DNA of 64,000 bases from Octopus sinensis (Eukaryota): assembly GCF_006345805.1 (NCBI RefSeq), contig NC_043001.1:131068001-131132000 (forward strand), in the 5' to 3' direction. A model generated the notes under the pieces. It was not told where the DNA came from and made no database searches. It saw only the letters and a program-made list of their open reading frames with translations. The stretch's first letter is position 1. Every line of letters starts with the position of its first letter. The position numbers and the translations under genes were made by a program. Below are positions 38,787 through 51,840 of the stretch, in pieces.

Positions 38787-39703
38787 TATATAAGTCAATG
38801 TTAAAAAGAAGATGATGATGATAATGACAGTGATAAATATTTCTGAATACACGTGTCATCAAAATCTAAATTGTCAGGGTTATTAGTTTCTAAACTTTGA
38901 GTTTTGAAGACTTGCTGCTGGTCTGTCCACACTATCATTCCCATAAATATGCTCAAATCGCTAATGGTATCTGAGAGGAACTCATTTTCAGCTGCAGTAA
39001 ATCCATTGATTGCATGTTGCTTTAAATATTCCAAAATGCCATATGAACATTCCTTTTATATCTACTCATTCCAGCTATATTATTTCCACATGGCAGAGTT
39101 ATGGTCAATGGATGAAGGAACATTGTTCATAAGCACAGCTTGTTGTATAGATATACTTTAATATCGTGATATATTTTGAAATAATTTTTAGTAATCATTC
39201 ATATTTCAAAGTAATCCTCATAACAAAGTAGTTTGCTGAAAATTAATATTACACCAATAACTCTGTTCTTCCTCTCATACTTTTGTTTCTCTTACCATCT
39301 CACTGCAAGCACAAACTTTGTTATTATCCTCACTTCTAGTTTCCTTCTTTGAGTAGTGGGGGATGCCTTTTAATCATGTGAAGTACAATTAAACCTCACT
39401 AGTGCTGGTGTCACAATAAAATGCACCTAGTACACTCTGCAAAGTGGATGGTTTTAGGAGTGGCTTCCAACTTTGGAAACCATGCCAAAAACTGAGACAA
39501 GCAGGTGAAGCATGGTCCTCTGACCTATGTAAGAAGGTTGTAACTTCAAATAAAAATTATGATTGAGACAACCTGTTTAACCTATGTTAGAACATAATAA
39601 AAAATTTTTTTTTTAAACATGTGAAAATGATTTATGCATATCTTTTGTACAAAGTTTCAAACTTAGATCTCACTGCTTTAGAAAGATCCAGTTTACTATT
39701 TAA

Positions 39704-39925
39704 CCCTTTCGTTACCAACCTGGCCAAAACCAGCTCTGGCTCTGTGGTACAAATGTCTTGCTTTCATAAGTTTTGAATTAAAATCTTCCATCAAACCTTA
39801 GCCACAATTTATGTTCCTAACACTAGCTGAATGATAACCAAGTTATTTTTTCTAAATTCTTTGTTATATTTAAAATAATTGAAAGAAACACAGAGCATCT
39901 CAAAATAAATACAGTAACGAAAGGG
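39704..39925. mobile_element. 222-bp piggyBac-like MITE
   Basis: TTAA|CCCTTTCGTTAC...GTAACGAAAGGG|TTAA. Paralogue of 18289-18508. Confidence 0.9.
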
Positions 39926-40252
39926 TTAAAACTGTTTTTGTGTGTAGGATACATTGTCAAAGATTTAAAAGTTTTGTGCGTCAACCCATCTCCCATTTAA
40001 TTATTTTCTCTGGATTTAGTTATCAGAAGCACCCAGCTGATTCCTGTTCCTGCCTACCAAACCCACTCACAAGGCTTTGGTCAGCCTGGGGTTATAAAAG
40101 AATATACTTGCTCAGGGTGTCACAGTGGGATTGAATCCAGAACCATGGGATTAGGAAGTAAACCTCATGCATACACCTATATAGACACACAAGCATTTTG
40201 GTTATAAAATGCAAGTTCATGCCAAATTATCATTACTGTAAACTATATAACT

Positions 40253-40655
40253 GTGCAGGAGTGGCTGTGTGGTAAGTAGCTTGCTTACCAACCACATGGT
40301 TCCGGGTTCAGTCCCACTGCGTGGCATCTTGGGCAAGTGTCTTCTACTATAGCCTCGGGCCAACCAAAGCCTTGTGAGTGGATTTGGTAGACGGAAACTG
40401 AAAGAAGCCCGTCGTATATATGTATGTATATATATATGTGTGTGTGTGTATTTTTGTGTGTCTGTGTTTGTCACCCTAGCATTGCTTGACAACAGATGCT
40501 GGTTTGTTTACGTCCCCGTCACTTAGCGGTTCGGCAAAAGAGACTGATATAATAAGTACTGGGCTTACAAAGAATAAGTCCTGGGGTCGATTTGCTTGAC
40601 TAAAGGCGGTGCTCCAGCACGGCCGCAGTCAAATGACTGAAACAAGTAAAAGAGT
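40253..40655 (+). mobile_element. SINE family A
   Basis: Full copy. Confidence 0.9.
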
Positions 40656-41207
40656 AAAAGAGAGAGTATATAACTGTGCTTATAACTACACAACAGTAAC
40701 ATCATAACTTTTACCATACAGATTAGAAGACCTAATTTAATTAGCTAATATTATTTATACCAGCTACCTGTCAACGAGGAAAGATACACTTTGACATTGG
40801 GAAAGATAGACAGAATCACTGCCAGGAATTCAACAATGTGTCTGTTTAACCCTATTTGATATATAAGGAACTTTTATTCACAGCTCCATTTGCAATGTAA
40901 CAGCTTCTTAAATTCTTATTTTCAAATTCCTCAATGCTTAAAGCAAACTAGTGCCAAACCAATTACATGTATACATCACTTAGTATAAAACTGCCTTTCT
41001 ATTTTGTATATTCCCACTCAGTCAAGGAGGCATTTTAACCTTACTGTAGCTGGTGCCATGAAAATAGCACCTTGTACACTGTAAAGCTGGTATTAGGAAA
41101 TGCATCCAGTTGTGGAAATTAAGACAATGCAGAGATTAGATCCTATTAAACCATCCAACCCATGCCGGCATGGAAGACATTAAATGAGAATGGTATATAC
41201 ATATATA

Positions 41208-41506
41208 TATATTCTTTTATTCTTTTTCTTGTTTCAATCATTTGACTGTATCCATGCTGGAGTATTGCTTTGAAATGTTTTTGCCAAACAATTGAACCTC
41301 TGGACTTATTTTGAAGCCTAAAACCTATTCTATTGGTCTCTTTGCCGAACCACTAAGTTACAGCGATGTAAACATTGACACAAATATATATATATATATA
41401 TGACTGGGCCTGATGAAGCCTTCCAGCTTCACAGACCCCAGTTGAACCATCCAACCCATGCTAGCATGGAGAACGGACGCTAAATGATGATGATGATGAT
41501 GATGAT
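41208..41506. mobile_element. SINE A 3' half (minus) and RTE-type 3' tail (plus, 41401-41506)
   Basis: Similarity to family A and to 25985-26090. Confidence 0.7.
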
Positions 41507-41869
41507 GATATATACAAGATGAGAAAATGGAGAAACACATCTAAATCAAATATCAATTACCAGATAATACTCAATCACATACTTTATTAAACCACCACAT
41601 AAGAGACTGTAGGGTTAAATATAACAAGCAGAACAAATCAGTGCACATAAAGGAATGTACATAAAAAAGTGTACATAAAAGAGTAATGTTGTATAATAAT
41701 TAGAATATATATAAAAAAGACTATAAATACAAGTAAATATAAATATAAGCATACATTAGATCTGACAGCTGTTTTGGCCATGTCGATAATTATGTCTCAT
41801 TTTACCAATATTAGCCCTTTATGGTTGGTCAATATATAGATATAAATGAGACATTTGTATATATGTATG

Positions 41870-41934
<65 letters not shown>

Positions 41935-41937
<3 letters not shown>

Positions 41938-42087
41938 AGACTTCTTTCAATTTCCATCTACCAAATTCACTCACCAGGCTTTGGTCAACCCGAGGATATA
42001 GTAGAAGACACTTGCCCAAGGTGCCCCATGCAATGGGACTGAATCCAGAATCACGGTTGAGATTCTTACAACACTGTCATGCCTGTG

Positions 42088-42126
<39 letters not shown>

Positions 42127-42290
42127 GATGGCCTTCTTTCGGTTTCTGTCTACCAAATCCACTCACAAGGCTTTGGTCGGCCCGAGGCTATAGTAGAAGA
42201 CATTTGCCCAAGGTGCCACACAGTGGAACTGAAGCCAGAACCATGCAGTTCGTAAGCAAGCTACTTACCACATAGCCACTCCTACGCCTA
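41935..42290 (-). mobile_element. Two SINE A 5' halves
   Basis: Reverse-complement heads abutting (CA)n/(TA)n tracts. Confidence 0.75.
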
Positions 42291-43764
42291 TATATATATA
42301 TATAATCATCATTTAAGTCCATATTCTATGCTGCCGTGGTGATGTTTACTGTTGTTTAGTAATTTAACAAGCTATATATATCCTTAAGTCACTAGACAAC
42401 TGAAAACGTTTAGCATAAGTTTTCAAATCATGATATATAACTAGTACATTACACCTTTAGGCTACAAACCAAACTCTATATCCCTTAACTTGTCTGGTTT
42501 TCCAAACAATTCCACACTGGTTGTAAAGATAGTGGTTAGTAATAGAAACTGAAAGCAACTGCAAAGAAGAAAAATAAATAAAAATTTAATACCTACGCAA
42601 ATGTATGAATTAATTTTTTAAAAATAATCCTGCGCATGTTAGAATATTAAAATGGAAATAAAAATACTGTTTATATTTGTATGCATGTGTGTGAATGCAT
42701 GCGTGTTTGTGTGTGTGTGTATATATATATATATATTCACACATGAAATACTCAACCTTCCTATTCAACATTTTGATTATTGAGCAGAAATAAAAAAGAA
42801 AGGTTATATAAAAATAGGTATACCCAACATGTAGAATTGAAGCTAAACATGCAAAATAATAAAAAAAAAATTTAAAAAGTGATGAAAATAATAATAATAA
42901 TAAATAAATAAATAAATAAGAAGGGTAACAATATAATAAATTACTGGTAGCATCAGCTGAAGAACTCATCAAGATAAGAATAAGAGAAATAGCGAAAACA
43001 AAACAGACCAAATAAAACTATATTTATTGCTTTTAAAAATGGCAGTAGAAACATATTAGCCTTAAATAGAACAGATATTGGTTATTAGAATAGACAAAAA
43101 AAAAAAAGAAAGAAAAATTTTTTTAAATGAAAACTCCTACAGCTATACAGCTACATCTACAGATTAGCTCTTAGAGATCTGAAGAATGAGCTCTGAATTG
43201 AAAACTAAATATTCATTAAATATGAAAACAAAACAAAAAAAGAAAAAAGAACAAAAACAAATAACAAAAAAAAAACAAACAAACAAACAGAATGTACAAA
43301 AGTGAAAGTAAGAAGATATAAATTTGTAAAACTGAAAGTAAAAAAAGGGGAGAGGAGGGGAAAGAAAAGACATGTAAATAAATGTAAGTAAAGATATTTA
43401 ATCTATCAACAGAAAGAGAGATATGGATTTCATACAAGGAGAAGGTCCTTGTTGTATGAATTGATATGATGGAGAAAATATCAGTACATGTCTTCTTTCT
43501 GGTATTACACTAAGAAGATGCGGCAATTTTCTTTTCTTCACCTACGTTTAAATTTTAGCAATCCATTGATTCCTTTTTGGACCTGTAAAAATACGTGCAT
43601 GCATGTTCAGATATATGTATGTTTAAAAATATCTACGACAGCACATACCGAAAACAATATTCACAAGCACTATCAGAGATATGCATGTATAGACTTGTAT
43701 AGATACATAGACATGCACTAACATAAATATACAGAAAAATTATATACATATATATATATACAGA

Positions 43765-43935
43765 GGTGCAGGAGTGGCTGTGTGGTAAGTAGCTTGTTTA
43801 CCAACGACATGGTTCCGGGTTCAGTCCCACTGCGTGGCACCTTGGGCAAGTGTCTTCTACTATAGCCTCGGGCCGACCAATGCCTTGTGAGTGGATTTGG
43901 TAGACGGAAACTGAAAGAAGCCCGTCGCATATATG

Positions 43936-43966
<31 letters not shown>

Positions 43967-44167
43967 TTGTGTGTCTCTGTTTGTCCCCCTAGCATTGCTT
44001 GACAACCGATGCTGGTGTGTTTATGTCCCCGTTACTTAGCGGTTCGGCAAAAGAGACCGATAGAATAAGTACTGGGCTTACAAAAGAATAAGTCCTGGGG
44101 TCGAATTGCTCCATTAAAGGCGGAGCTCCAGCATGGCCACAATCAAATGACTGAAACAAGTAAAAGA

Positions 44168-44169
<2 letters not shown>
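43765..44169 (+). mobile_element. SINE family A
   Basis: Full copy. Confidence 0.9.
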
Positions 44170-44224
<55 letters not shown>

Positions 44225-44233
44225 CACACACAC

Positions 44234-44830
44234 ATATCTGTACATATACCACGTGTGGCTATGTGGTAAGAAGCTAGCTTCCCAACCACATGGTTTTGGG
44301 TTCAACTCCACTGCATGCACTAGCATAGCTAGAGTGTGTGCTGCCCAGGGTGGCCCTTCCTTCTCTCTGCTGTCCCTGGACCCCACGTAAAAAAATAAAT
44401 TGCCTACAGCAGATCCAAAAGTGCCAACCCTTTAAAAGTGCCGTCCAGAGTGGACCATTCCTACCGCCCCCCCCTCCCCAGCTATGCTTGTGATTGCATG
44501 GCACCTTGGGCAAGGGTCTTTTACTATAGACTCGGCTAACAAAAGCCTTGTGAGTGGATTTGGTAGATAGAAACAAAGAGAAACAAATTGTGTGTGTGTG
44601 AGTATATATTCATGTGTGTGTCTGTGTTTGTCCCCCTCACCATCGCTTGACAACCAATGCTGGTTTGTTTAGGTCCCTGTAACTTAGGAGTTCAGCAAAA
44701 CAGACCAATATAATAAGTACAAGGCTTAGAAAGAATAAGTCCTGGGGTTGATTTCTTTAATTATAACATTTTAAGACAGTGCTCCACTATGGCCACAGTC
44801 AAATGACTGAAACAAGTAAAAGAATAAAAG
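44234..44830 (+). mobile_element. Older SINE A split by a hAT-like MITE
   Basis: A head at 44234-44317 resumes at 44493. Confidence 0.8.
44318..44492. mobile_element. 175-bp hAT-like MITE
   Basis: TIR cactagcatagct versus agctatgcttgtg. 8-bp TSD actgcatg/attgcatg (7 of 8 identical). Confidence 0.75.
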
Positions 44831-45035
44831 AGAAGAATATATATATATATTTAATAACAAAGGGTAAAATTAATTAATTAAGAATTAATCAATAATTTCA
44901 CCAAGTAGAATTTGGCATAAAAAAAGGACCATTTCACAGTAAACTTAAGTAGAAGAAATAGCTAAGGTTTTTTGGCTGCTATTTCTAAACTTCGGTATGT
45001 TGTAGAGCAAATCTTTGCTGAACCCTAATTATTAA

Positions 45036-45081
<46 letters not shown>

Positions 45082-45136
45082 GAGAGAGAAAGAGAGAGAG
45101 GGAGTGATACACACACAGTTACTGGTATATTCCACA

Positions 45137-47207
45137 AGGTAAATTTCACCATAGGTGAAATTATTATTATTATATTATATCGGTTACGATATTATGGAAG
45201 TAAAAAAAGAATGCATAAAAAAATAATATCAATAATGTCAATGAATACAAAAAATACGAAAGAGAAAAAATAATTAAGGAACAATCATACAAAGAAGTAC
45301 TCAGTGAGTACTTTAAACACCTGAATGAGGAAACAGTATCAAAAAGGGACTCATTGAAATTTATAAAACAAAGCAAATACTCAATGATAGATAAAAATAT
45401 TATACAGTATTTACAAGACAGAAACAACTGCTATGGAAGAAAAAAGGCATGCAGATATTGTAAAGAACAAAGGAAATACCGAACATATGTCAATACAATG
45501 TGAAAAAAATAGCACACACGAAATATAAAGAGAGACATGATGAGATAACGAAGATAATCTTTGTGAACTTACTACAGCAATATAACATATCAAAAAAAAA
45601 AAAAAAACACAGAAAATCAGAAATGTGCAAATAGAAAAGGTAACAACAAGTGAAAAGGTGATAGCCAAAAAGTGATGGCCCAAACCATATAGAAAACAAT
45701 AAACCCGATATTGCAATATTTGACCACGAAAGAAAAGAAACAATAATAACTGAATTTGGAATAACATCGACAAAACAACTGAATGAAGTCTAAATGACAA
45801 AAATAGGATTCCAGCACTTCCGACTTGTAGGTCAGGGCCTGAAATTCCTGATACAGTTAAGTATTTAGAACATGGGTCTTTGTTTTTGGTCTTTGACAGT
45901 GGTATCAATGACCCAAACCGAATTTTAGTTTTTCCACAGAAAAATGCTTGGATGATCTAGAAAGTTCTAAGAATTGGGCCTGTGATGGAAATTTCAAAAT
46001 ATCTCCTAGATTGTGGAGTCAGTTAGTGACACTAGATATCACCATTGGAAGTTCGTGTGTGCCCTAACTATTTGCCTTACTTCCTGACTAAAAAGGAGCC
46101 TCATATCATCCTCTTCTGTGCCTGATTTAAGACCAAATTGTCTTCCTGCAACCTGTCTCATGGACTTTGAAAAAGCTCTCCATAATGTTTTTTCATCTCA
46201 GACAGTCTTGTTGGCAGAAGATATGTGCATTTGGTGAGAGTATGAGATACAACACAGATGAAAGGTTTTAGCTTAAAATTAGGTGCTCATGTGCATTTTT
46301 GCCAACTGAAGACGTTGTCAATGTATTTGAAGATTTGTCTGAGTTTATCATCTATTTTGAGGTTACATGCATTGTGGTTGTAAGGGTTGTAAGGTCCTTG
46401 TCGGCGAAGAGAAATCCCACATTTTCCTATACAACTCTGGAATGTATGTGATTGCATCTTAAAGGACTTGCCAAAATCAAATAATTCTTCAAAAGGGTTC
46501 CACAATGTTTTGTGCTCATCACTAATATCCACACATCCAAATTTGTGGAAACTATGCACTATCCTTAAATCTGAGGAAGGATTAAGCCAGACGAAAATTG
46601 CACACATTCGACGTGGAGACTCAACAACTAAAAAAAAAAGACCTATCAAATTATTGATGCACGACAGAAAAAGCTAGTTCCGGAATATCAAAATGAAAAC
46701 CCTCTGCAATATTTAATAAGTATTGCACACAATGTCTTAAGAAATTTTTTTTAATTAAATTAAACTTTCTTATCCTAACTCTGCTTCACAAGGTACTCAC
46801 AGTTATTTTTTATCCTATTGTTATAATAAAATGTGTGCTAAAATTTAATCTTTTCTTTCTTTATCCCAAATTATATCATTTTTGAAATTTTGTGATGAGT
46901 CTTTTTCATAGATTCTTGCTTGATGACAGTACATTAAAGTGATCCCATCGCAATTTAAGTAGATTATAAAGATTATTTTCTATCTCACTTTCAGACTCTC
47001 TCTCTCTTTCTCTTCTTAAGACTTGAGAGACAGACAGATTAAATAACATAGGTATTGACCCAAAGTCTAGAAAAACTGACCATGGTGATTATTAGTGGGA
47101 GCAGCTTATATTGGAAGTCTGTCCATGGGTGGAATTTACCACGGTGGAACAGACCATGGTAGAATTTACCTATGGTGAAACTTACCTGGTGAAATTTACC
47201 TAGAACC
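45137..47207 (+). mobile_element. Decayed MULE (Mutator-like) element; transposase remnant at about 45805-46740
   Basis: FLVFDSGINDPNRILVF, WACDGNFKISPRLWSQL, FALLPD, LMDFEKALHNVF, LPKSNNSSKGFHN...HPNLWKL are MULE transposase motifs. The terminal motif aggtaaatttcaccataggt at 45137 has inverted copies at 47163-47207. Confidence 0.8.
45220..45805 (+). mobile_element. Fragment of an RLE non-LTR retrotransposon (R4/NeSL-type): CCHC knuckle plus PD-(D/E)xK endonuclease
   Basis: YLQDRNNCYGRKKACRYCKEQRK / TEHMSIQCEK / KYKERHDEITKII / NHIENNKPDIAIFDHERKETIITEFGITS across frameshifts. Confidence 0.8.
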
Positions 47208-47956
47208 TATACACATACATACATACACATACATGCACACACACATAAAAATGTCATCAGCACAGCCAAACAACAGTTCGTTAATAGTATATACACCACA
47301 GAATAAAATACACACATGTAATCATGCCCACTAAGTACAAACATAACATAATAATGGATTTCCATTGGTTTTGACACTGAAGGTTCAGTCATTTCATCAA
47401 TAGAATTGTCTCCTCACTGAATCAGCATATACATAGTTGAATTTTTCACAGACATACGTACAATTGATGTAATTCTCAGACAGAATCAGGGTGACTTAGT
47501 GTGTGATAAGGCTAAACCTCTGAATTACAGGTACAATACATCCAAAAGGCTTCCAGATAGTTGCTATCTATCCAGTTTGATTCACTAAACTTGGGTTGAT
47601 GAGTGTTAATGGTGAAAGGCACTTGTGCATGATGCTAGGCAGTGGGATCAAACTTCAGCCTTTCTGATTGCAAAACAAACATTTCATAGCCATGTTGCAT
47701 CCAAACAAACAACATACACACACATTAAAACCCATAGACACATTCATATAATGGCTTCTAGTTTTGACACAAGGTCAGCAATTTCGGAGACGGGATAAGT
47801 TGGTTACAAAGAACCCAGTGTTCAACTGGTATCTATTTAATTGACCTTGATGGATGAAAAGCAAAGTTGACCCTGGTGGAATCTGAATTTAGAGCATGGA
47901 GACAGATGAAATGTTGCCAAGCATTTCACCACCTTCACACATTCATATAATGTATT

Positions 47957-48185
47957 TTTTATTACCTACAAGGGGCTAAACATAGAGGGGACAAACAAGG
48001 ACAGACAAAGGGATTAAATCGATTATATCGACCACAGTGCGTAACTGGTACTTAATTTATCGACCCCGAAAGGATGAAAGGCAAAGTCGACCTCGGCGGA
48101 ATTTGAACTCAGAACGTAACGGCAGACGAAATACCGCTAAGCATTTCGCCCGATGTGCTAACGTTTCTGCCAGCTCGCTCGCCTA
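47957..48185 (-). mobile_element. SINE family B (plus decayed variant at 47760-47935)
   Basis: Full reverse-complement copy. Confidence 0.85.
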
Positions 48186-48406
48186 CACATTCATATAATG
48201 GCACACACAAAAGCTGTTGGTCATACCTTGTCTCTTCGACTATTGTTCTCTTCAACAAGAACACTATTTGTCTCCTCCCCATTTATGTATCTTTTCCCCA
48301 TGTATTCACATTCACTCTTTTTATTTCTTGTCTTAAATGTAAAACATTCCTATTCTATTTCTTTTTTTCCTTCCAGTGTGAAACTAATATATCAACTTTA
48401 TATTAC

Positions 48407-48812
48407 TCTTTTACTCTTTTACTTGTTTCAGTCATTTGACTGCGGCCATGCTGGAGCACCGCCTTTAGTCGAGCAAATCAACTCCAGGACTTATTCTTTG
48501 TAAGCCCAGTACTTATTCTATCGGTCTCTTTTGCCGAACCGTTAAGTGACGGGGACGTAAACACACCAGCATCGGTTGTCAAGCAATGCTAGGGGGACAA
48601 ACACAGACACACAAACACATACAAACACACATATATATACATATATACGACGAGCTTCTTTCAGTTTCTGTCTACCAAATCCACTCACAAGGCATTGGTC
48701 GGCCCAGGGCTATAGCAGAAGACACTTGCCCAAGATGCCACTCAGTGGGACTGAACCCGGAATCATGTGGTTGGTTAGCAAGCTACTTACCACACAGCCA
48801 CTCCTGCACCTA
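48407..48812 (-). mobile_element. SINE family A
   Basis: Full reverse-complement copy. Confidence 0.9.
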
Positions 48813-49079
48813 TGTCTGTTCTTCCTTCTTTTGTTTGTGTTATTTTCATGATACTTCCTTGAATATTAACCAACTTGATGCGGAAACCAAATTTTTTCTC
48901 TTAAATTACCCATTTTTGCATTACACTGGATCTATCCACAAGTAAGACAGTGTAGTTAAGAAATTCCCTCTACAATCATGTTTGAGTCAGGTTCACTCAC
49001 AAAGTGTGGCACTTTAGGTAACTCAGACCAACCAATGCCGACTTGCAAGTGGATTTGGTAAGCAGCAAGCATGTAGAAG

Positions 49080-49116
<37 letters not shown>

Positions 49117-49343
49117 TGTGTATGTGTGTTGTTCTATATGTTTATATTTACATTTCTTACTGCTTGCAAAATGGCTTTTGTGTTTACAGACTACAACTTA
49201 GCAGTCTGATAAATAGAAATCATTAAATTACATACTGGATTTGAAAAAGTAAGTACAGGGGTGGGTTGATATGACTGCATAACAAAAAATTCGCAAGGTA
49301 ATATCTCAGCAATGCACACAAGCATTATGTATATATACATAAA

Positions 49344-49377
<34 letters not shown>

Positions 49378-49423
49378 TGTGTGTGTGTGAGTGTGTGAAT
49401 ATACATATATGTGTGTGTGTGTG

Positions 49424-49470
<47 letters not shown>

Positions 49471-49746
49471 CGTTTGCTTTTCTGTAAATGGGACATTCAA
49501 TATTTTTCCATGACAGAAATATCATCAAAGAAAAATTTAGGGCAATGGAAGAATGGTGCATCATGCTTCTTTTTTCCTATTAAGCTGTGACAGAACTTTA
49601 AGAAATATAAAAGTATAGGAAGAAAAACAGAGGGAGACACTGAGTAATGATTAGTGAATCAATATAAAGGCATGTTCTGTCAGTACTTAAATTTAAGTAT
49701 ATGCACAGACATGTTTGCATACACAAGTGTTTTTACATATATATAA

Positions 49747-49777
<31 letters not shown>

Positions 49778-49979
49778 AACCATTAATACATACTGAAACC
49801 CTCACACATCACATACACACATATATATATTGAGGATATAAAAATATATTTAGCACCACCATGTTGTCAAAGAATGCATGAAGGTCTGCTGATGTGTATG
49901 TATGAATTTATATACATATAGCCACAATTATCTTTATATACAATTGTCATGAAAGATATTGGCATTTTAATGATTACAT

Positions 49980-50341
49980 ATCTTTTACATATATATACAT
50001 ATATATATACACACATACATACGCATATATATACACACATATATACACATATATATACATGCATACATATATTTACATATATACATATATACACATACAT
50101 ATACATACATATTAATAAATCCATACATATATATACATATATATACAAACATGCATATATACATACATATATACATATACATACATACATATATATATAC
50201 ATACACACATATATATATATATATACACACACATATATATATACATATATATATATATACAGACAGACATATATACATATATACACATACATACATATAT
50301 ACACACATACATACATATAAATACATATATATACATACATA

Positions 50342-50373
<32 letters not shown>

Positions 50374-50375
50374 AT
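49980..50375. repeat. Degenerate (TA/CA) microsatellite
   Basis: Seen directly. Source of the spurious 172-213 aa ORFs. Confidence 0.95.
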
Positions 50376-50849
50376 AAATAATATAAAGAGTCATAGGATG
50401 AGGATGAAGGTGGAGGGTGGAAGGGAAATATCCATAAATGCTTAGAAAACAAAAGTTTGAATAAAAGTAAAAAGGCTGAATTAAAGAAGGAAAATGAAAA
50501 CATAGCAAAGATAATGAAAGTATGTATTAAACAGAATATTTCTTATTTCAGGCTTTGTATGAGTTATAAAACATGAAATTCATTTCTGTCAATTTTTTTA
50601 ATGGTATCATTTCAACCAGCCATTCAGTTAATTCTCTTTGTTATTCTACGAATGAGTGACTAAGGCTGTTGCTGTTATTTGACCCAAGGTCAGTTTTGAT
50701 CAAGTAGACCTATAGCCAAAAGCGCTTCTTCCATGAACATCTGATCTCATTTACAGAAATTGTATCTATCGGTACATTATTTGATGTTTCTCTCTTATTT
50801 TTTTTTTAAGACACTAAGGTGTGACTTCAGAAAGATTTTGTTTCACTGG

Positions 50850-51254
50850 TGACAAAAGCTGGTGCTAAGGAATTTGCAGATGTAGAAGAGGTGAAGAATA
50901 AAACAGTGGAGGTGTTAAAAAACTCCAGCACTGCTTTGAATAGTGGAAAAATGCACCTGGACCGATGCACTGCTTCAAATGGAGAATACTTTGGAGGTGT
51001 GGAAGGTGTTTGCAAGCCATTTAAGAAACACACAAAAGCCGTTCGATTCACTTCAACATTTAAGTTTAATTTGTCAAAATATTTTCGTCGCTAAAATCCG
51101 CGACCTGTTCACTGACAAAAATCCGTGCTGCATCAGCACGGATTTTTGTCAGTACATCTCCGTAAAACTTTGGAGGTGTTAAAAGAGTAAACATGTAAAA
51201 CTAAGTGAATAAAATAATACTGTAAAATTCCAGTCTCTTTTGGGTACCACCTCG
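50850..51254 (+). mobile_element. Mariner 3' end (transposase C-terminus plus right TIR)
   Basis: KEFADVEEVKNKTVEVLK...LDRCTASNGEYFGG matches the mariner C-terminus. TIR ...cttttgggtaccacctcg|TA. Confidence 0.75.
51001..51166. other. 166-bp insert with 13-bp TSD and perfect 20-bp hairpin
   Basis: actttggaggtgt at 50988-51000 and 51167-51179. Hairpin at 51111-51153. Confidence 0.8.
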
Positions 51255-51435
51255 TATAAATATGTGTGTGTCTGTGAGCTGAAGAAAGACCACTTATAAT
51301 ATATCTAGAATAAAGATTCCTAGAGGGAAAAGGAAGCCAGCTCATAATGAATCAAGTATTGAATACCTGCAGGTGAATGTGTTTGTTCCTTTCAATATCT
51401 TTCCAGGCAGCTGACTACATCTATTCTACTCTCTT

Positions 51436-51840
51436 TTTCTCTTTTACTTGTTTCAGTCATTTGACTGTGGCCATGTTGGAGCACTGCCTTTAGTCGAGCA
51501 AATCGACCCCGGGACTTATTCTTTGTAAGCCCAGTACTTATTCTATCGGCCTCTTTTGCCGAACCGCTCAGTGACAGGGACGTAAACACACCAGCATCGG
51601 TTGTCAAGTAATGCTAGGGGGACAAACACAGACACACAAACATATACACACAAACACACATATATATACATATATACGACAGGCTTCTTTCAGTTTCCGT
51701 CTACCAAATCCACTCACAAGGCATTGGTTGGCCCGGGGCTATAGCAGAAGACACTTGCCCAAGATGCCACGCAGTGGGACTGAACCCGGAACCATGTGGT
51801 TGGTTAGCAGGCTACTTACCACACAGTCACTCCTGCGCCT
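51436..51840 (-). mobile_element. SINE family A
   Basis: Full reverse-complement copy. Confidence 0.9.

Noticed and set aside
38801-39034. Minus-strand 77-aa ORF (MEYLKQHAINGF...LDFDD)
   Set aside because: Only faint piggyBac-like resemblance; no splice sites or supporting neighbours.
50397-50519. 123-nt open frame with GTATGT donor ([10 protein letters not shown]...KIMK)
   Set aside because: The acceptor lacks a pyrimidine tract and abuts (GT)n; purine-rich runs are often stop-free by chance.
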